A DNA stretch of 50,361 nucleotides, counting the filler, from Jimgerdemannia flammicorona (lineage: Eukaryota), in assembly GCA_003990765.1 (NCBI GenBank). It is 2 parts of 2 records of this genome, joined end to end, with 100 filler letters (N's around TTAATTAATTAA, not from the genome) between each part and the next. Parts side by side here need not be neighbours in the genome. Positions count along the whole stretch, not along the records: positions 1 to 25,135 come from RBNJ01000878.1; positions 25,236 to 50,361 come from RBNJ01000879.1. The stretch is one strand, 5' to 3'. Each line of letters opens with the position of its first letter. Positions within the stretch are counted from its first letter, which is position 1. This document shows positions 23,641 to 36,570 of the stretch, in pieces. The notes below the pieces were generated by a model. The model saw only the letters and a program-made list of their open reading frames with translations. It had not been told where the DNA came from and ran no database searches. Both the position numbers and the translations under genes were made by a program.

Positions 23641-24042
23641 TCATGGTGCCAGAAACACGGTAGCAAGCCGGTGTTCATTCTCCGGAGTGACAACAATTTT
23701 ATTGCCATCGAAACCATATGCGACGAGTTCGTTCTGCACGGTCGCGCCGCCGACGCACGGGGGTACGCAGATGACGCCTTTGTTGCGGTAGAATCCCAGA
23801 ACGTATTTGAAGAGATCACCGTCGCGGTTGATTGTGGGTTCCTGGCCGACGAAGCGGGGGTCGTTAATCAGGCGATACAGAACGGTTCCGGGATAGTTGG
23901 AAACCGTCTCGCGCGTGGTCTGCCAACGTCTGCCTATGTAGAGAAAAGGTGAGCATCGGTGTGAGATGAAGGAGGAGGGAGAGGAGAGGGAGGGACTATT
24001 GAATGACTTACCGTTGACATTGAAAGTGATGTTATTGATCAT
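23641..24042 (-). CDS. BTB/POZ (KCTD/T1-type) domain protein; 3' part uncertain, possibly a pseudogene
   Basis: ITFNVNG|RRWQTTRETVSNYPGTVL...INRDGDLFKYVLGFYR after removing a GT-AG intron (24011-23934, 78 nt). Downstream coding-like sequence to ~23180 contains stops. Confidence 0.7.
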   Translation of the reverse strand: MINNITFNVNGKSFNSPSLSSPSSFISHRCSPFLYIGRRWQTTRETVSNYPGTVLYRLINDPRFVGQEPTINRDGDLFKYVLGFYRNKGVICVPPCVGGATVQNELVAYGFDGNKIVVTPENEHRLATVFLAP

Positions 24043-25096
24043 CGTTTCGGAAAGTCGTAGTGCGATATAGTGTATACCAAGAGGGGCTTGTAAGGATTGT
24101 CCTTTGTTTGGGATATATGGCTGTTATTGGGCGTCGACAAGCAATGAAACCCAGCAGCACGACCGTGCATCCTCAGCTCCGAGTTATGTTGTGCATGGGA
24201 ATGATCATTGGCTCCTTTTGCCTTTTACAAGTGCTCAGATCACATGTTAACCGATCAAAAATCCAATCGCGCGAGTGTGTGGGGTACTAAGCGAACGATG
24301 CACAATCGCGGAGCTGGCATTATCATTAATTTTAATCGAAGTATGCAGAATTGAAGCTACAGATCGTAACTGACGAGTGATAAAATGTCGATTTTTAAGA
24401 GTAAGTTCAACGAACATGAAGTAGAAAAATATTTGTATCACTCTGCGATAAACATGATTGTCGTTGAAAATAAAAACCTCGTTATTTCTCTGCCAGAACT
24501 TGCGCTCCGACGATTTCCTAGATGGTTGATAACGGAATAGGATGCATCGTCCATGGAACGTTTGCTTCAGCATGAGAAATGTTTGTGCTCATTCTGTTTT
24601 TTGGCGCTTCCAGATTTTGTGGGTGATTCGAGGACCAGGCCAAGGCAAGTACGACAGGGCGGAGCAATTTGTGAGGGTGTTGGGATCAGAAAATTGCAGA
24701 TGGTAAAGTATACAAAGGTAATTGTAACTAAAGGCTCTCGAGTATACATCAATAGCTAAGAAGAACATCTCCGCAACGCACTTGCCCACCGTTCAAACTG
24801 TTGAATTATAGACTGAATAATGTCATTTATTGCTACGGAAACATGAAGTATTCATAATGAAGACGTGTTCAAGGGCTAAATACGATTCATTAAGTCTAAG
24901 AAGTATAAATATATAAAATTAAGATTAGCTATCTTGAACATATTATCAATCAGACTAAAACTCATATGGACTATACTAAAATCAAAACTATAGCAGTCTA
25001 TTTAATACTAATAATAGGTACTGAAGTTAGAGTATTTATAGGTCTTACTATATAGTATAGAATATTTATTCAAGAATTCTCTAATATGTATTATAA

Positions 25097-25135
<39 letters not shown>

Positions 25136-25234
25136 NNNNNNNNNNNNNNNNNNNNNNNNNNNNNNNNNNNNNNNNNNNNTTAATTAATTAANNNNNNNNN
25201 NNNNNNNNNNNNNNNNNNNNNNNNNNNNNNNNNN
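25136..25234. other. Assembly gap with an artificial six-frame-stop spacer TTAATTAATTAA
   Basis: 44 N + TTAATTAATTAA (25180-25191) + 43 N, preceded by a 35-nt poly(T). Confidence 0.97.
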
Positions 25235-26370
25235 NCACACGGCTCCTTGTCGGTGATCTTACAGTCATAGTGGTAGAAAGGACCCTTTCAAAATTGAGGT
25301 GAGCGAGCAAGTCGTTGTAAAAGACACTGGACATCCCACGCGGCCAGATAATATTTTGTCGCATCTTATCACTCTACTTGATCCAGCCATTGGATATGTA
25401 AAACTATTGCTCATATTAGGGAGTACAAGCAGGTGTCATATCTTCGAACAAAAAAAAAAAAAAAAAAAAAAAAAATCAGGTGGCCAAAAAAGCGTGTGAT
25501 GGAAAAAACCTACCCGTAACAAAGCATGTAACATGCAGGTTATTGCACGAATCATCGAGCCCATTTCTAATGTTCATGCACATATCGCAGCTCAATATCA
25601 AGGATTATTCATTTTCTCGCAGGGCGAGAAGTCAGCCATGATGGCTCCGACTGACCATGACCGGGTTTCTCCTGCCACCATTCTCCTCGATCCTTCGGCA
25701 CTAGCTATTTTTGTGGGAGAAGCCAAGGCAAAAATGGGCGGAATAACTAGTGGTATCGAGGCCATATCGAATTTGGGCGAGTCCTGCGCCCTTTGGGAGA
25801 TCGAAGTGAATGCGCCGATACTTCTGGTCAGAGGTTGCTCACGGGATTGAAGTGTAGTAGAAGGTGCCGAGGTATAGGACCACGGCGGTCATGATGGGAT
25901 ATAGTAGGGCATGTTCCCTTGCGAAATAAGGCTTACGATGAACAATGACTTTGATCGCATAAATTCAATTCGGTTCAAGTTTGCTTTTGTAATTCCCATT
26001 TTAATGCAGTCATTATTTTGCCCGAACCACTTCAGCTCAGACTGAGTCGGCCACAAGTTAAGGCCGATCATATGACCCCTTTTGGAGATGCTGCTTCAGT
26101 TGAAGGGGTCATCATATGTCATCACATGTTTGGCAACTCTGTATTTGGAGCATTGTGTCGTTACGGTGATAGACAATTCAATGTTATCTTGTCAAAAGAA
26201 CTTGCTTTTCTTTTTTTATTAATTACACAGGATAGTATATTGGATGGAAAGTATCGAGTGTTATTTTGACTTTGGGTCACAAAAAATGCCAGTTTTTGTT
26301 GAATTGTGTGAATAATTGTGTGCGTCGAGTAATGTGGGGGGAGGAAGCGATGTTGTACACATGGATGGAA

Positions 26371-26888
26371 CTAGAAGATCGCTGAAGCACCGCCAAGCTG
26401 TATTTTTTTTGTTTTTTTTTTTTTTTTTGAAGAAAGAAAAAAGGTAAGCGACAAACATCATGCCATGCCAGACCCACGACGACAACGGGTTTCACAAGAA
26501 GGCCAAAAACCGGCGACGCGTACCTGAACAGCCTCGATTTCAGCCTCTGTCAGCAGCGCATGCTTGTACTTGGCGGGAAGCTCGGAGAACTCGATGGCGC
26601 CGTTCGCCGATTTCCTTGAAGTCCGCGCGGAGGATTGGGCAACGGACGGTTGAGCGACAGACTTGACGAGGTTGTTCGGGGCGAGGGGGTGGGTCGTGCC
26701 GTGATGCGGATCGTGGTCTGTCGGAGGAGAAGCGAAGATGCGTTTCGATTGTTAGAGCTAAATGTTGGCATATCAAACAACATGTGGGAGGGGGGCGGCT
26801 TACCCTTCCATAGTAGCTTCCTGGGACCAAGGAACCGGATCATGGGCTTGCGGAACTCGGCGGCGGCTCTTGCGATAGTGGAATGCAT
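26371..26888 (-). CDS. KGD4: KGD4/YMR31/MRPS36 family (2-oxoglutarate dehydrogenase adaptor), 3 exons
   Basis: Spliced product MHSTIARAAAEFRKPMIRFLGPR...HPLAP...ELPAKYKHALLTEAEIEAVQ|LGGASAIF*, with GT-AG introns. The N-terminal PMIRF and C-terminal LP..Y...EIE...GGA motifs match the family. Confidence 0.85.
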
Positions 26889-27522
26889 GGGTTGCGGAGT
26901 GGAAGTTGGGGTAAAGTCCAACGGAAGGGGTAGGATGAGGGAGATGGGCTGAAATTCTTGGTGCATTGCCGCGATGCCTATTTTGGACGATAGCTGCCAT
27001 CACGTGGTATGACGCATGAGTGATTATCATCACTACACCCGGCGCCCCGCACACGAACACATGAACATAAACAATCGCATGGACTAACGGTTTCAATAAA
27101 TTTCTGCGTAGAGCGGGTCTTCGTCGCAGTCCGTTCTTCTCTCTGCTTCGGATGCTCTGAAGAAGTTGCCAGCTAACCAACAAAACCAACCCGAGTATCC
27201 AAACATCGGAATGCAAACTTACATTTTGAGACTTCACGATAATCAATATCTTACGCGTTTGGTCATTATGTTATTTGCACATGCGAAATTTCAAAAAGTT
27301 GTTCAGCCTTCGGTGTGACATAAGCTTGATGAAACTGGACATGGTACATAGTATCCTACTAAACTCGTGCCAACTGTTGCTGTCGTCGGCATTGCCCAAG
27401 CCGAAAACTATTTCGATACACACGTCAGCCACACATACAAGTCTGACCGTCCGATTCTCTAACCATAGGATGTGGGTAAATGGTCCCATTAAAAACGTTA
27501 TTCTATTTCTTTTGTTGAAATC

Positions 27523-28252
27523 CTATATACGTGTTGCAACCCAGATCGCGGCCTTGCATCCCTGGCCAATAACGGTCGAGAGAGGCCCGTGCAGAGGTGC
27601 GTTGCGCGCGTCAAAGTCAACGGCAATATCATGATGCTCGAGCTCCTCGTCGCGGAATTGACTCACGACCTGCAATAGAATTTTGATGTTCAAAGGATGA
27701 ACATCAATGGTTGATGTGCAGCGAGGCGTGTTGAGGATAGGGATACATGAATAGTGAAACAACACGCACCTCGCTCAACTCCTTGATATCTTCGCTCGGC
27801 GTCAACTTCACGAGTTCCCTCAGCTGATCTTCGTAATGATCGCTGATGACGGTCTCAACGGCCTCCGTGCAGGCCATGGCCGCCTCCTTCCCCATCAAGG
27901 CCGTCCCCGCGCCGACAACGAACCCAGCCACCTCCCACAAGGGGCGTAACAGCGTGGGCCGAACGCGGTGGTGGGTGACTAGCTCGTCAAACTTGGAGAG
28001 GTGCTTCTTCTCCTGGTCCCACATCTCCTGGATAATGGGCGCCACGGCCTTGTCGTGGCCCAGCACGGCCAGCTGACCGCGGTAGATCCAATTGGCGCCG
28101 ATCTCGCCCGCCTGGTCGACGCGGATCATGCGGTCCAGAAGGGCCCTCTCTGAAGCGGTGTGTAGACGGCTGGGCGGCTTTGTTGCTGCTGCTGTGGCAA
28201 GTGTCCTGGTGGTGGCGAACAGCACGGGGAATGTCTTTGCTCGAAGTGCCAT
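27523..28252 (-). CDS. COQ7: 5-demethoxyubiquinone hydroxylase (di-iron), 2 exons
   Basis: [43 protein letters not shown] and [10 protein letters not shown] motifs. One intron, 27769-27670. Confidence 0.97.
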
Positions 28253-28391
28253 TGTGTTGTGGGCTTGAAAAAAAACGAACACAGAAGGATGGTTGGTGAC
28301 GTTACTCGTGACGTCATTCTGTGGCGGTTGTTTACCAATTCTCCAACACACTCCGCTCTCTACTCCGCATCTCTACTCGTCTTGCATCACC
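28253..28391. promoter_or_regulatory. Compact bidirectional promoter COQ7/YJU2 with tandem CRE-like sites
   Basis: 139 bp separate the divergent ATGs. GTGACGTTAC at 28296-28305 and TGACGTCA at 28309-28316. Confidence 0.6.
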
Positions 28392-29395
28392 ATGTCTGAA
28401 CGTAAGGTCATCAACAAGTACTACCCACCCAACTTCGATCCCGCCGCGATCCCGCGGCGGAAGATGCCCAAGGACGCCCAGTACAAAGTCCGCCTCATGA
28501 CTCCCTTCTCCATGCGCTGCGAGACCTGCGGCGAATATGTCTACAAGGGCAAGAAGTTCAACGCGAGGAAGGAGGTCGTCGAGGGGGAGATGTACCACGC
28601 GATCAGGATCTTTCGGTTCTACATAAGGTACAAGTGATTTTATTGCTCTCCGCAATTAACTCTTAAACCACTAAACTAAACTAACCATAACTCGCCTTCT
28701 CGCCTATCCCCTACCGTAGGTGCCCCCGCTGCTCCGCCGAGATTACCTTCAAGACAGACCCCAAAAACACTGATTATGTTGCCGAGCATGGTGCTGTCCG
28801 CAACTTCGAGCCATGGCGCGAGGAGCGAATCACGGGTGAAGAGGAAAAGAAGGCGAAAGAGGAGGAGGAGGAGAACAATCCAATGAAGGCATTGGAGAAC
28901 CGTACAGAGGACTCGAAGCGTGAAATGGAAATCTTGGACGCGCTTGACGAAATCCGCACACGCAACGCCCGCAACGAGCGTGTCGATGCGGACGACATCC
29001 TCGACAAGCTGACGGAGGAGGACAAGACGGTGGTCTGGTCCCAGCTGTCGCGCGAGGAGGAGGAAGATGAGGAACTCGCCAGGTCCATATTCCACACCAC
29101 CGACGGCGAGTCCGTCAAGCGCCTGATGGAGGACGATGAGCCAGACCCCATCGAGCTCATCTCGAGTTCCGCGGCCGCTGTCTCGTTGCCCGCGTTTTCC
29201 GCGCCCGTTCAGACCATGAAGCGGAAGGACAACGCGTTTTCGAGCCTTGGGGTCCTTGTCAAGAAGAAGAAGCCCGATGATCAGGTTGTGGCGTCCCGGA
29301 ACGCTGGGACATCTGATTGTCCGGCAAAAGCCAAGCCCGTTTCTGCTCTCGCTGCTCTGGGATCTTATGACTCTGATTCCGATGGAAGCGAGTGA
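28392..29395 (+). CDS. YJU2: Splicing factor YJU2/CWC16/CCDC94, 2 exons
   Basis: [17 protein letters not shown]...[29 protein letters not shown]...[21 protein letters not shown]. Intron 28628-28719. Confidence 0.97.
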
Positions 29396-30499
29396 AGATA
29401 TCGACTTTATGGGCAGCTCGATTTCCTTCGCGATCTAATCGTCAACGTCACATTTCATGTTGATCGAGGTTGTGCTCTGTATCATCCTTTTGTACATAAT
29501 TTTGTAATGTAGTGTCATCCCTCTATTCATGGTATTGGGAATGACCTTTGATTGTGAATATAGAGAGTGTGATGTCATTTAGATCTTGCTATTAATTGCA
29601 AACCATGATTTGGAAATCCAAATAATGAACGAATATAATTTTATTGTCACTATAGCATAAAAATACCTATCATAAAGCTTATTTAAGGAAACAAAGCGAA
29701 GGCGAATGGCAGCCCCTAGGTTCAATCTTCATCATGAGCCGATGATACCTGTAACGATATTCCAACATCGCCAAAAACAAATACATACCGCCACGTTGCC
29801 CTGACTCGAGATTACCCTAAATGATGCGTCTTAACGACGTGGTTACCATACAGGAACGGCGTTTCGCCGTTGGGTTTGATGCACATTGTACTGGCCGTAT
29901 TCATGGTATGGAGAAATTAGCGTAGGGATTTCGAGCGAAGCGCAAATCGGGCAACGATACACGTAATTCAATGACCCTATGGCTCGTCATTCTGTTCTTT
30001 CTAACTTTGGCGTGCTGCGCAGAGATGATCAAGATAAGTCTGGCTGCGGTTTCGGGCGTAACTTAATTATTTAGCAATTGTGAGGAGAGAATGCTACTTG
30101 AAATAATCGAGAGTTTAAGGCAACTTACTGTTTGGCAAGCTTCTTTGTCCCTATTGTGAGTGGCCACATCGTCAGAGATGTGAGAAAACACCAATTTGTC
30201 GAGTTCCCATCTGGTCTGGATTTGTTTGCCAGAAAGGGCCATTGTCCATAGAGAACTGTCCGGTGGTTGTAAGGATATTTTTGGGCCGCAGCAACAGGCG
30301 TAGTCGTTTTAAATTTTATTAGTCAATGATACGTCTACGAGTCAAAACAATTGCTCTGAATAAGTCAGTGGAGGCAGCCACGTGACAACTTAAAAGGAAT
30401 GATGTCATCGCTAATGCTGCGTGTAAAATGGATGCAAGATACATATTGTGCAATCCCTCTTTCTATTGACATTCATTTTGTCAGAAGACATTAATCACC

Positions 30500-31668
30500 A
30501 TGAGGTACCCATCCATATTATATCCATCCGTCCATCCGTCCATCCGTCCATTCCGCACATCCCGCCATGCCAACCATCCCTAATTCCCGTCCCTCGAATT
30601 CAGCAGTAAGATCAGCGTTGCCGCCGTAAGAGAATCTGTTCGCGTCGTTCAGTCCGCCGCCGAGGAGAAGAAGAGGAAGTTCACCGAGACCGTTGAGCTC
30701 CAGATCGGTCTCAAGAACTACGATCCCCAACGTGATAAACGTTTCTCGGGCACCGTCAAGTGAGTGTCGCCCTTTATGTGGAATTCGGCTGGATTGGAGA
30801 AGCTGAGTTGTGTGGATAATCGGTAAAGGAGGATTGAGCTGAGGCATATGCGCGGGAATGTGTTCAAGGTTGATGCTTGCTCGTGTTACGTTGCCGGCCA
30901 TAGCGAAGCCGCGTGCGTGGTTCTGTACAGGCGTTCTCCCCTTACGCGGTTTTCCCCTGGTTTCCAGGCTTCCCAACATCCCTCGCCCCAAGATGACCGT
31001 GTGTATCCTTGGTGATGCCTTCCATTGCGACCAAGCTAAAGCCGCCGGCCTTGAATTCATGTCCGTCGATGACCTCAAGAAGCTAAACAAGAATAAGAAG
31101 CTGATCAAGAAGCTTGGTATGCGTTGCTGATTTTCATGTTTTGAGTTATGGGTCGTGGTGTCAACGTGGTAGAGGAAAAGGAACCTTCAATGCATGGGAT
31201 GTGCGTCCTTACCCTGAAAATGTCTTCTTTCCTCAGCGAAGAAGCACGATGCCTTCCTCGCTTCCGAGGCGCTCATTAAGCAGATCCCCCGTCTGTTGGG
31301 TCCTGGTCTCCACAAGGCCGGTAAGTTCCCCACCCCCGTCACTCACGCTGACGATCTGGTTGCCAAGGCCGACGAGCTCCGCGCCACTATCAAGTTCCAG
31401 CTCAAGAAGGTGCTCTGCCTGGGTGTCGCTGTCGGGTAAGCTGCATTCCTTTTCCGTGTACATCATTGCATGGCACATTCGTAGCCATGAGCACTCAAAC
31501 ATATCGACATTCTCTTATGCCAGCCACGTCGGCATGACCGAGGACGAGTTGCTCGGTAACATCATGTTGTCCATCAACTTCCTCGTCTCGCTGCTCAAGA
31601 AGAATTGGCAGAACGTGAAGTCGTTATTCATTAAGTCGACCATGGGCAAACCCGAGCGTCTCTACTAG
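30500..31668 (+). CDS. RPL1: 60S ribosomal protein uL1 (L1/L10a), 5 exons
   Basis: Exons 30500-30504, 30607-30759, 30969-31116, 31237-31435 and 31524-31668. Contains [38 protein letters not shown] and LLKKNWQNV. Confidence 0.98.
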
Positions 31669-32649
31669 ACGTTTTATTATTGCACGCGCTCCCCCGGTTT
31701 GGTTGTTTTAGCACAAGGTCCAATAAAAAAAAGTCTCTCTCACGGCGTACCAAGGTAGTCCCGTCCACGGAGTTGGATCGGGCTGCGATTGGGAGCTAAA
31801 CAACATTTTCAAACCAAACGCATCTTTCGTAATGGGCATTGTGTATGTGTTGTATGGCTCTGTGCGAGCATTATGGGAATTGTAGAGGATGGGGACGGTC
31901 GCGGAAGCTGTTGGGATTCTGTATGTGCTGCCTCTATCACCGATTTTGTGGGTTCTGGTTTGTGTTAATCTCCGTCAATGAAAATGTGCTAGTCGTAGAG
32001 GAAAGGGAGGTACGAACAGAGCATACACTAGAAAACATTCCTTTGCAAAGTCACGTGTGCCGTGCAACGCGACAATTGTCTCCACAGTATCCTTTATTGA
32101 TGCTGGTAGAAAATTCTGGAATTCACTGGGAGCTTGCAATTTGTTCTGCCGATTACCAACGGTGAGTCCATGTTACGGTCAATTGCAATCCTGATTTTCA
32201 CATCATTTCATCAGGGGTATCCTTGCCGGTTGCTCTAAGAGCGAAGGGCGAAAAGCATGCGCGCAAATGCCGAAGAGAAATTGAGCGAAGACATGTTGGT
32301 TCTATTGGTTGATCCTTTCGATATTGGTGTTTTTTGGGAGCTGTGTGTTTGCCACATTACTCTTCCATTGATTATCTGCTTACGCTTTCATATATGCAAA
32401 TGAACACAGTGAAGAAAGCCGACTTCAATGAACCACAGTATAATGTTGGAACTAAGGGGCAAATAATGGAATAAGAATATTTAAAGGCTTAAAACTCGTT
32501 ACAGTATCCTAGAATATATTACTCTGGTTACAAATTAAGTTCTTTTATTTTATTTAAACAACATACTAATAATAACGATCGAGTTACGCATCGGTGCTAG
32601 CAAATATTTTTTGTATTTACAAAAGTACCTCAAGGAAAATTAATTTTAG

Positions 32650-32730
32650 GCCAGCGTGTCCGAGCGGTTAAGGAGTGGAGCTTAAGATTCCATATCGAAA
32701 GATTCGTGGGTTCGAACCCCACCGCTGGCA
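32650..32730 (+). tRNA. tRNA-Leu (anticodon TAA), intronless
   Basis: Acceptor stem GCCAGCG/CGCTGGC plus A, anticodon arm TGGAG-CTTAAGA-TTCCA, long variable arm ATC-GAAA-GAT, T loop GGTTCGAACC, and a TTTTT Pol III terminator immediately downstream. Confidence 0.97.
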
Positions 32731-33820
32731 CTTTTTCTCTCCCAAGACGAAAGGTGTATTATGGTATATTTTTGTTCATTTTGTTGATAGAATCATTTGT
32801 AGTGGTTGACAGTCACAAACGCCATTTACTTCCTCATATAATTACATTTTGACTATATACGATAACAACAATTACGGCACGACGCTGACAACCCGCCAGA
32901 ACAACAAAAAAAAAATCAAGAACGACAAGAGGCACAATGATAACAGCGATGACGAAAACAGATACGACATGGATAAATGGTGGGAGACTCACTGAAGAAG
33001 ACGGGGTGAAAATTGTTGCAAGTGAAAAATAACTATGAAGTGGGGTGCGGGATCCATGATGTATAACTTTACCCATATCAGGATATTTTTACTGTTGCCT
33101 ATGTTTTAAACCGAACAGCGGCAGCGACTCACCAATGTCACCACGTTTTCGGGTGGTTCTTACGGGATTTGATTTTGTGTTTGGTCACCAACCAATTACA
33201 AACCATGCTACTTTACGGATTACCGGAGTCGCTATTTTGTCATTGAAGAGGGGAAAAAAAGCTTTCAGTGTCAACGATGCTTGATACTGGTTCTCCATCG
33301 ATACTTCCTTGCACGTAGGCTGATGCGCATCGTCATTTTTCGATAGCGTTGACAACTACTCGTGGCATATAACAATAGATAATAGAGTGGTACACAGTAC
33401 TTAACTGACAAGCAAAGTCAAATGCAACATTATCCTCAGCCGGCCCACAGACTTGCATCCCTGTGGCCACCTCCTCCACTGTCCCTGATTAATGACGAAG
33501 CCTGGGAGTGGTTACCCAGCGAGGCCGGAACTCGAGACGACAGCAGTTAAGTATGCTGAGAATTTATGACAAGTGTGATTCTCTTGTGCACTCCCCACCT
33601 GAACGTACACGTGAATAAAACATCCCATACCTTCTCACCCATGGCTCGCATATATAATGAAAATAATCGGGTTCGCGGCATCTCTGACAAGAAGCTAATT
33701 ATATATAACGTCTTACGCAGAACGGAAGGTGTTTTAATTCGGGATATGGTCACGTGTAGTGGGTATAAATACAAGCCGCAGGACTGCCCTTGTACTTAGT
33801 GGACAGTGAAGGGAAACATA

Positions 33821-35292
33821 ATGACCGACCTAATCGGAGAGTTCAATGTGCTCAAAAAGATGGACCGCCAGGACGAGGCAACAGCCCTGCTAAGAAAAAT
33901 TGCCTCACAGGTAGGCTACTGCAATGCTGCAACGAGATCTCCCTGCCGAACGACCTCTCACCATGATTGACAACAATGCATTTTCTCGCAGGTGAAACCC
34001 ATCATGAAGAAGCGCGGCTGGAAGGTAACGATTCTGCAAGAGTTTTTTCCGACCAACCCTACTCTCTTGGGTATGTGTACACCATCTCAAACTTTAACAT
34101 TGAGACATGCAGACTTGCTTCCTTCTAACGACCATTCGATCTCGCTAGGTTTGAACGTCAACCACGGCTACAAGATTTGTATTCGGCTTCGACCCCACTA
34201 CGATTCCAAAATGTTTTTGCCCTACGAATCGCTTCTGGGGACAATGTTGCATGAGTGAGTAAGGACGGGGCACTTGTGGCGAGACCTCCGTTCCGAAGGA
34301 TAATCTAGTGCGGATTGAGTATGAATTGGCGCTACTGCGTTATGAATTATTCTGAAGATTTTTACTCCCATTGTGTCCCGCACGCCGTATGGTTTACGTG
34401 CTTACCAGGCTGACACACATAGGTGGGTCTTGCATCAACCATTTCAACTTCAACATTATTCACCTGGAAGCCAGGACCCCATTTAACGCGCAGCCTGCAT
34501 TTTTTTTTTTATCCTTATTTTCCACCTCCTTTCCGCCTCCCAACCTTAGTCCGCGGCCCACACGATCAACAATTCTACAAGATTCTCGACGAGCTCACGA
34601 CTGAATGCGAGAATCTGGTCATCTCGGGCTATACAGGCGAGGGCTTCGACGGCCCCGGTCAACGACTGGGTGTGCATGTTTCGCACGACCTCCCGCCGCA
34701 CCTGGCCCGCGAGACCGCCCTCGACGCCGCCGAGAAGAGACGTCGCACAACTGAGATCATGATCCCCGCAGGTGGGAGGCGGCTGGGTGGGTCAGCAGGC
34801 CACCTTGAGAAGGTTTTCACTCCCCGGGAGCTGGCTGCTATGGCGGCGGGGAGGAGGGTGAAGGATAGTTTATGGTGCGGGAGTGGGAATGAGGAGGGCA
34901 CGGTTAAAGAGGGTGTGCAGGGAGTTGGAGGGGATGTGCTCGGGAAACGGAAGGCGCCTCCGCGGGAGCTAGAAGTGGAGAGGCTAGGAAAAGGGAAAAC
35001 GGTGGGAGTTGGGGTGACGGCGGTGGCAGCATCGGGACGATTGGTGAAGCAGGAGGCATGGGGTGAGTGGTCGTGTCCGAGCTGCACACTCGTGAACCGC
35101 GGAATGGCGTTGCAGTGCGAATGCTGTTTGGAGAGGCGGCCGGAGCCGGAGGATGGATTTGGATTCGAGGAGAAAGTGGAGGCGGTGGTGGATGTGGGTG
35201 TGGGGCTTGAATGGAAGTGCCCGAGATGTACGCTGATGAATGGAAGGGATATCATCATGTGTATAGCATGCGAGTTTTTAAGGGACGAGTGA
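33821..35292 (+). CDS. WSS1: DNA-dependent metalloprotease Wss1 (WLM domain, SHP/VIM-like motifs, two RanBP2 zinc fingers), 5 exons
   Basis: VKPIMKKRGWKV, LLGLNVNHG, ICIRLR and TMLHELTHIVRGPHD after splicing. GQRLG and PRELAAMAA are present. Fingers are WSCPSCTLVN...CECC and WKCPRCTLMN...CIAC. Confidence 0.93.
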
Positions 35293-36570
35293 GGTTGGAT
35301 CGAGATAGTATAAGTGAATCATGTGATTTCTCGATTGTCACGTGGTCTAGCGTATTCTCATTTTATCATTTTGCATTTCTCTTCTGTGTATTATATACAA
35401 ACTATCGCCCTAATATAGACTACATCATTATCGTGTTTGGTTATCGTGCTCTCGCGCGGATTTCGGCGTGGCGCTAATCCGCAAATCCGATTGAGACATC
35501 AAATTTCAATCAACATTTTTACTTGCACAAAATTCTTGAACTATGGGGAAAAGTTTGCACAATTCGAAACGGGTCGAACTGTCGGAACATCACGTCCTTA
35601 TCCAATGTTGAAGGGATGTCGATCCTGTGAATGGCAGTGTTAGATAACGAAGCGCGTGCAGCATTCAGGAGTTTGCAAGCTGCACCCTGCTACCGACGGT
35701 CGTGTCTGCGAAGAATTGAGGTGATGCAATTACATGTGCGCAAGCAGTACGACCAGTCTCAACCTATTGGTGCAAAATCCTTCCTCCTAAAAAAAAAAAA
35801 AAAAAGGGAAATCACTCGCTGGGTAAAAGAGCCCTGTTCCCTTGAACCAGCACGTCGTTCGACAATGATGCGAATATGCTTTGCGGAGATTGCATGTAGA
35901 AGTACCCTCTAATATCGAGTAGCTCCTCCCGTCTCGCTGACTGGAACGTCTACTTTGAGCACCATTTCGTTGGCATCGACGTTGTATACGGTTTCGTACT
36001 ATGTGATTACGGCAAAGGTGTATTGGGAGGACCCTGACAATTAGGGCTGCCTTCTTGTCCATTCGTTTGAGGAAGGGCCACACATTCAGGATTTTATTGC
36101 TGACCCACCCAGATGGTGTAAGTACATTGGAACATTGCAAGGTAATTAATTGAATCAGAAGCTGAATGCACACGTTCTTTTTTAATAATCGAACAAACCA
36201 AAGCAACAAAACAAGACAAACTTTAAGAACAAAAACTGAAAAGTGATTCAAGGAAACGAAAGAGGACACGAAGGTATGGATGCGATGGATGACTGAACAC
36301 GAACAAAAGACAAACAGTACGCGCGAACGAACGACTGGGGGGATCTCTACGAAAGACGATCTCCCCAAAAAGAAATCTAAAAATTTGCCCGGGTGGGCCG
36401 CAATCGTCGCATGCACGAGAAATGCCAGAATACTAGGTATATAAACACGATGAAATTACTGGGGAGAGGGTAGACGGCTAGTTGAGACGAAATGAGAGGG
36501 AAGGGTGGCATATCTCGGTGATTTTTGTTTGCGATTTTTTTCGATGTTTCACGTTCGTCATGAATCGCTT

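Noticed and set aside
25180..25191. Palindromic TTAATTAATTAA inside the Ns
   Set aside because: Artificial spacer with stops in all six frames; not biological.
25530..26100. Minus-strand coding-like frame (IYAIKVIVHRKPYF...QKYRRIHFDLPKG)
   Set aside because: Several stops, no family recognised and no clear gene boundaries.
30760..31236. snoRNA or U12-type introns in RPL1
   Set aside because: No clear C/D or H/ACA boxes. Donors are GTGAGT and GTATGC, not GTATCCT, despite a TCCTTAC branch-like motif.
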